From the NCBI GenBank assembly GCA_034420555.1, contig DAOULF010000259.1, positions 13,444-77,443 of the forward strand: a stretch of DNA of 64,000 nt, read 5' to 3'. The DNA is from Dehalococcoidia bacterium (GTDB taxonomy: Bacteria > Chloroflexota > Dehalococcoidia > Lucifugimonadales > UBA1123). Shown here one piece after another: positions 62,427 through 64,000 of this stretch. Below the pieces are notes generated by a model, which worked only from the letters and a program-made list of their open reading frames with translations, did not search any database and was not told where the DNA came from. How positions within the stretch are numbered: position 1 is the stretch's first letter; each line of letters starts with the position of its first letter. The position numbers were made by a program, and so were the translations under genes.

Positions 62427-64000
62427 ATGACTCTTTCGGCATCGGCACTGGAACAGGGCAACATCGGGCAGCAGGCCACAGGCCGGCCGGTGGTGTATGG
62501 AACGCAGGGCGTCATATCCAGCGGACACTATCTCACCTCCATGGCGGGGATGCGGATGCTGCTTTCCGGCGGAAACGCCTTCGACGCTGTGGTGGCCGCC
62601 GGGTTCGCCGCCGCGGTCACTGAGCCAATCGCGTCCTACTCGCTGGCCGCCGAGGGCGTGTTCATGCTGTATCACGCCGAGAGCGGCGACCTGCTTTCCC
62701 TCAGCGGTCAGGGGACGGCCCCCAGGCTGGCAACCGTTGACTGGTATCGTTCGCAGGGCCAGGAAGAGATCCCGACAGGGCCGGGGCCACTGGCGCATCT
62801 GAGCTTCACGGTGCCGGGCGTCGTGGCCGCGTACCTTTCCCTGCTGGAGAAGTATGGGACCAAGACCGTCGGCGAAGTGTTAGAGCCGTCCATCCACTAC
62901 GCCGAACGCGGCATTCCGAACTATGAGTATATGCTGGAGAGAATAGACGGACCCGGAACGCGAAGCCAGTGGGACGAGTACCCGCCGGGCGGGACGGACG
63001 TGTTCTACGACGACGGCAGGGTGCCCGAACCGGGATCCATTCTCGTGCAGAAGTCTCTCGGCCTGATACTGCGCAAGCTGGTAGAGGCCGAAAGCGCCGC
63101 CCCCGGCCATCGCGTTGACGGCGTTCGCGCCGCGCGAGACTGCTTCTACACCGGAGAGATAGCCCAGATAATCCACGACTGCGCCCACCGGGTCGGCGGT
63201 ATTCTCGGCCTCAAGTCTCTCGCCTCTTATGAGGCCAAGTACGAGACGCCGCTCAAGACGTCCTACATGGGACACGAGGTACACGGACAGCAAACCTGGA
63301 CGCAGGGCGCGGTCCTGATGCAGGCGCTCAACATCCTGGAGAACTTCGACCTGCGCGGCATGGGACACAACTCCACAGCCTACGTCCACACCGTCAGCCA
63401 GGCAGTCAATCTGGCCTTCGCCGACCGTGAAGCCTACTACGGCGACCCCGACTTCGTGGATGTGCCGGTGGACGGGCTGCTGTCCAAGGAATACGCTAAA
63501 GAGCGCGCCGCGATGATAGACCCGAACAGGGCGATGCCCGAACTGCCGCCTCCGGGCGATCCGTACAAGTATTCCGCAATGTCCGGCACAGCGGCTCGGC
63601 CGCGCGCGGAAATCCCCACCGCGGCAGCCGACGGCGGAGGCGCGGACAGCGGCACGACGCACATATCCGCGATTGACCGCGACGGCAACATGGTTTGCGC
63701 CACCCCGTCAGGCGGTTCGTTCGGCAAGTCGGTGTACTTCCCCGAACTCGGCTGCGCTCTCAGCACCCGGATCGAGATGTTCAACTTCGAGGACGGCCAC
63801 CCGAACCGCCTGGAGCCGTTCAAGCGTCCCAGGACGACGCTGGTCAACTACATGGTCACCAAAGACGGCGTTCCGATAATGACTATCGGCTGCCCGGGCG
63901 GCGACCACCAGGCGCAGGCTAATATGCAGCTTGTCCTCAACTCGGTGCTGTGGGGCATGAATCCACAGGAGGCGGTCGAGGCTCCGAGGTTCGCCAGCCA
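62427..64000 (+). CDS. gamma-glutamyltransferase family protein (3' end outside window)
   Basis: This ORF is not in the track because it is open-ended. My own translation gives MTLSASALEQGNIGQQATGRPVVYGTQGVISSGHYLTSMAGMRMLLSGGNAFDAVVAAG... and the nucleophile context GTTHISAIDRDGNMV. GAGGAG lies upstream of the ATG. Confidence 0.85.
   Translation, partial: MTLSASALEQGNIGQQATGRPVVYGTQGVISSGHYLTSMAGMRMLLSGGNAFDAVVAAGFAAAVTEPIASYSLAAEGVFMLYHAESGDLLSLSGQGTAPRLATVDWYRSQGQEEIPTGPGPLAHLSFTVPGVVAAYLSLLEKYGTKTVGEVLEPSIHYAERGIPNYEYMLERIDGPGTRSQWDEYPPGGTDVFYDDGRVPEPGSILVQKSLGLILRKLVEAESAAPGHRVDGVRAARDCFYTGEIAQIIHDCAHRVGGILGLKSLASYEAKYETPLKTSYMGHEVHGQQTWTQGAVLMQALNILENFDLRGMGHNSTAYVHTVSQAVNLAFADREAYYGDPDFVDVPVDGLLSKEYAKERAAMIDPNRAMPELPPPGDPYKYSAMSGTAARPRAEIPTAAADGGGADSGTTHISAIDRDGNMVCATPSGGSFGKSVYFPELGCALSTRIEMFNFEDGHPNRLEPFKRPRTTLVNYMVTKDGVPIMTIGCPGGDHQAQANMQLVLNSVLWGMNPQEAVEAPRFAS

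Overview
This is a 64-kb, moderately high-GC, gene-dense bacterial chromosomal segment. I count about 55 credible CDSs. I recognised no rRNA, tRNA, transposase, cas gene or true CRISPR array. Housekeeping genes (rpoD, valS, glyQS, folC, fabF, an aroG-type DAHP synthase, pspA, sbcD) are interleaved with catabolic and accessory genes. These include a formamidase, a three-ORF Co-type nitrile hydratase inside a long minus-strand operon, three GMC oxidoreductase paralogues, an enolase-superfamily enzyme, GT2 plus a GDP-mannose-3,5-epimerase-like SDR, a 5'-nucleotidase lipoprotein and an M14 peptidase. Also present are a peptide-type ABC importer led by an LRR lipoprotein, a permease::CRTAC1 fusion, a VWA protein and a histidine kinase/response regulator pair. 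The gene content (GMC and enolase paralogues, CRTAC1, lipoproteins with long low-complexity linkers, a PspA-PspAA module) is what I would expect of a marine Chloroflexota (SAR202-like) genome, but that is inference only. The main second-look items are these. (1) A DUF3179 lipoprotein gene is interrupted by a single in-frame TGA that aligns with the first Cys of the family C-x-x-C and is followed by a hairpin, so it is a candidate selenoprotein. (2) A 23-codon leader ORF with Y-F-G-Y-Y-F-Y sits upstream of the DAHP synthase gene, with mutually exclusive antiterminator and terminator helices, so it is a candidate Tyr/Phe ribosome-mediated attenuator. (3) The nitrile hydratase beta subunit is split into two translationally coupled ORFs (ToyJKL / thiocyanate-hydrolase-like architecture). 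(4) Several families of CTAG-bounded, hairpin-containing miniature repeats have termini that supply stop codons of flanking genes and hairpins that show compensatory substitutions. (5) A UPF0718-type permease is fused to a seven-blade FG-GAP/ASPIC-UnbV ectodomain. All calls rest on reading the sequence and recalled family motifs; no database search was run.
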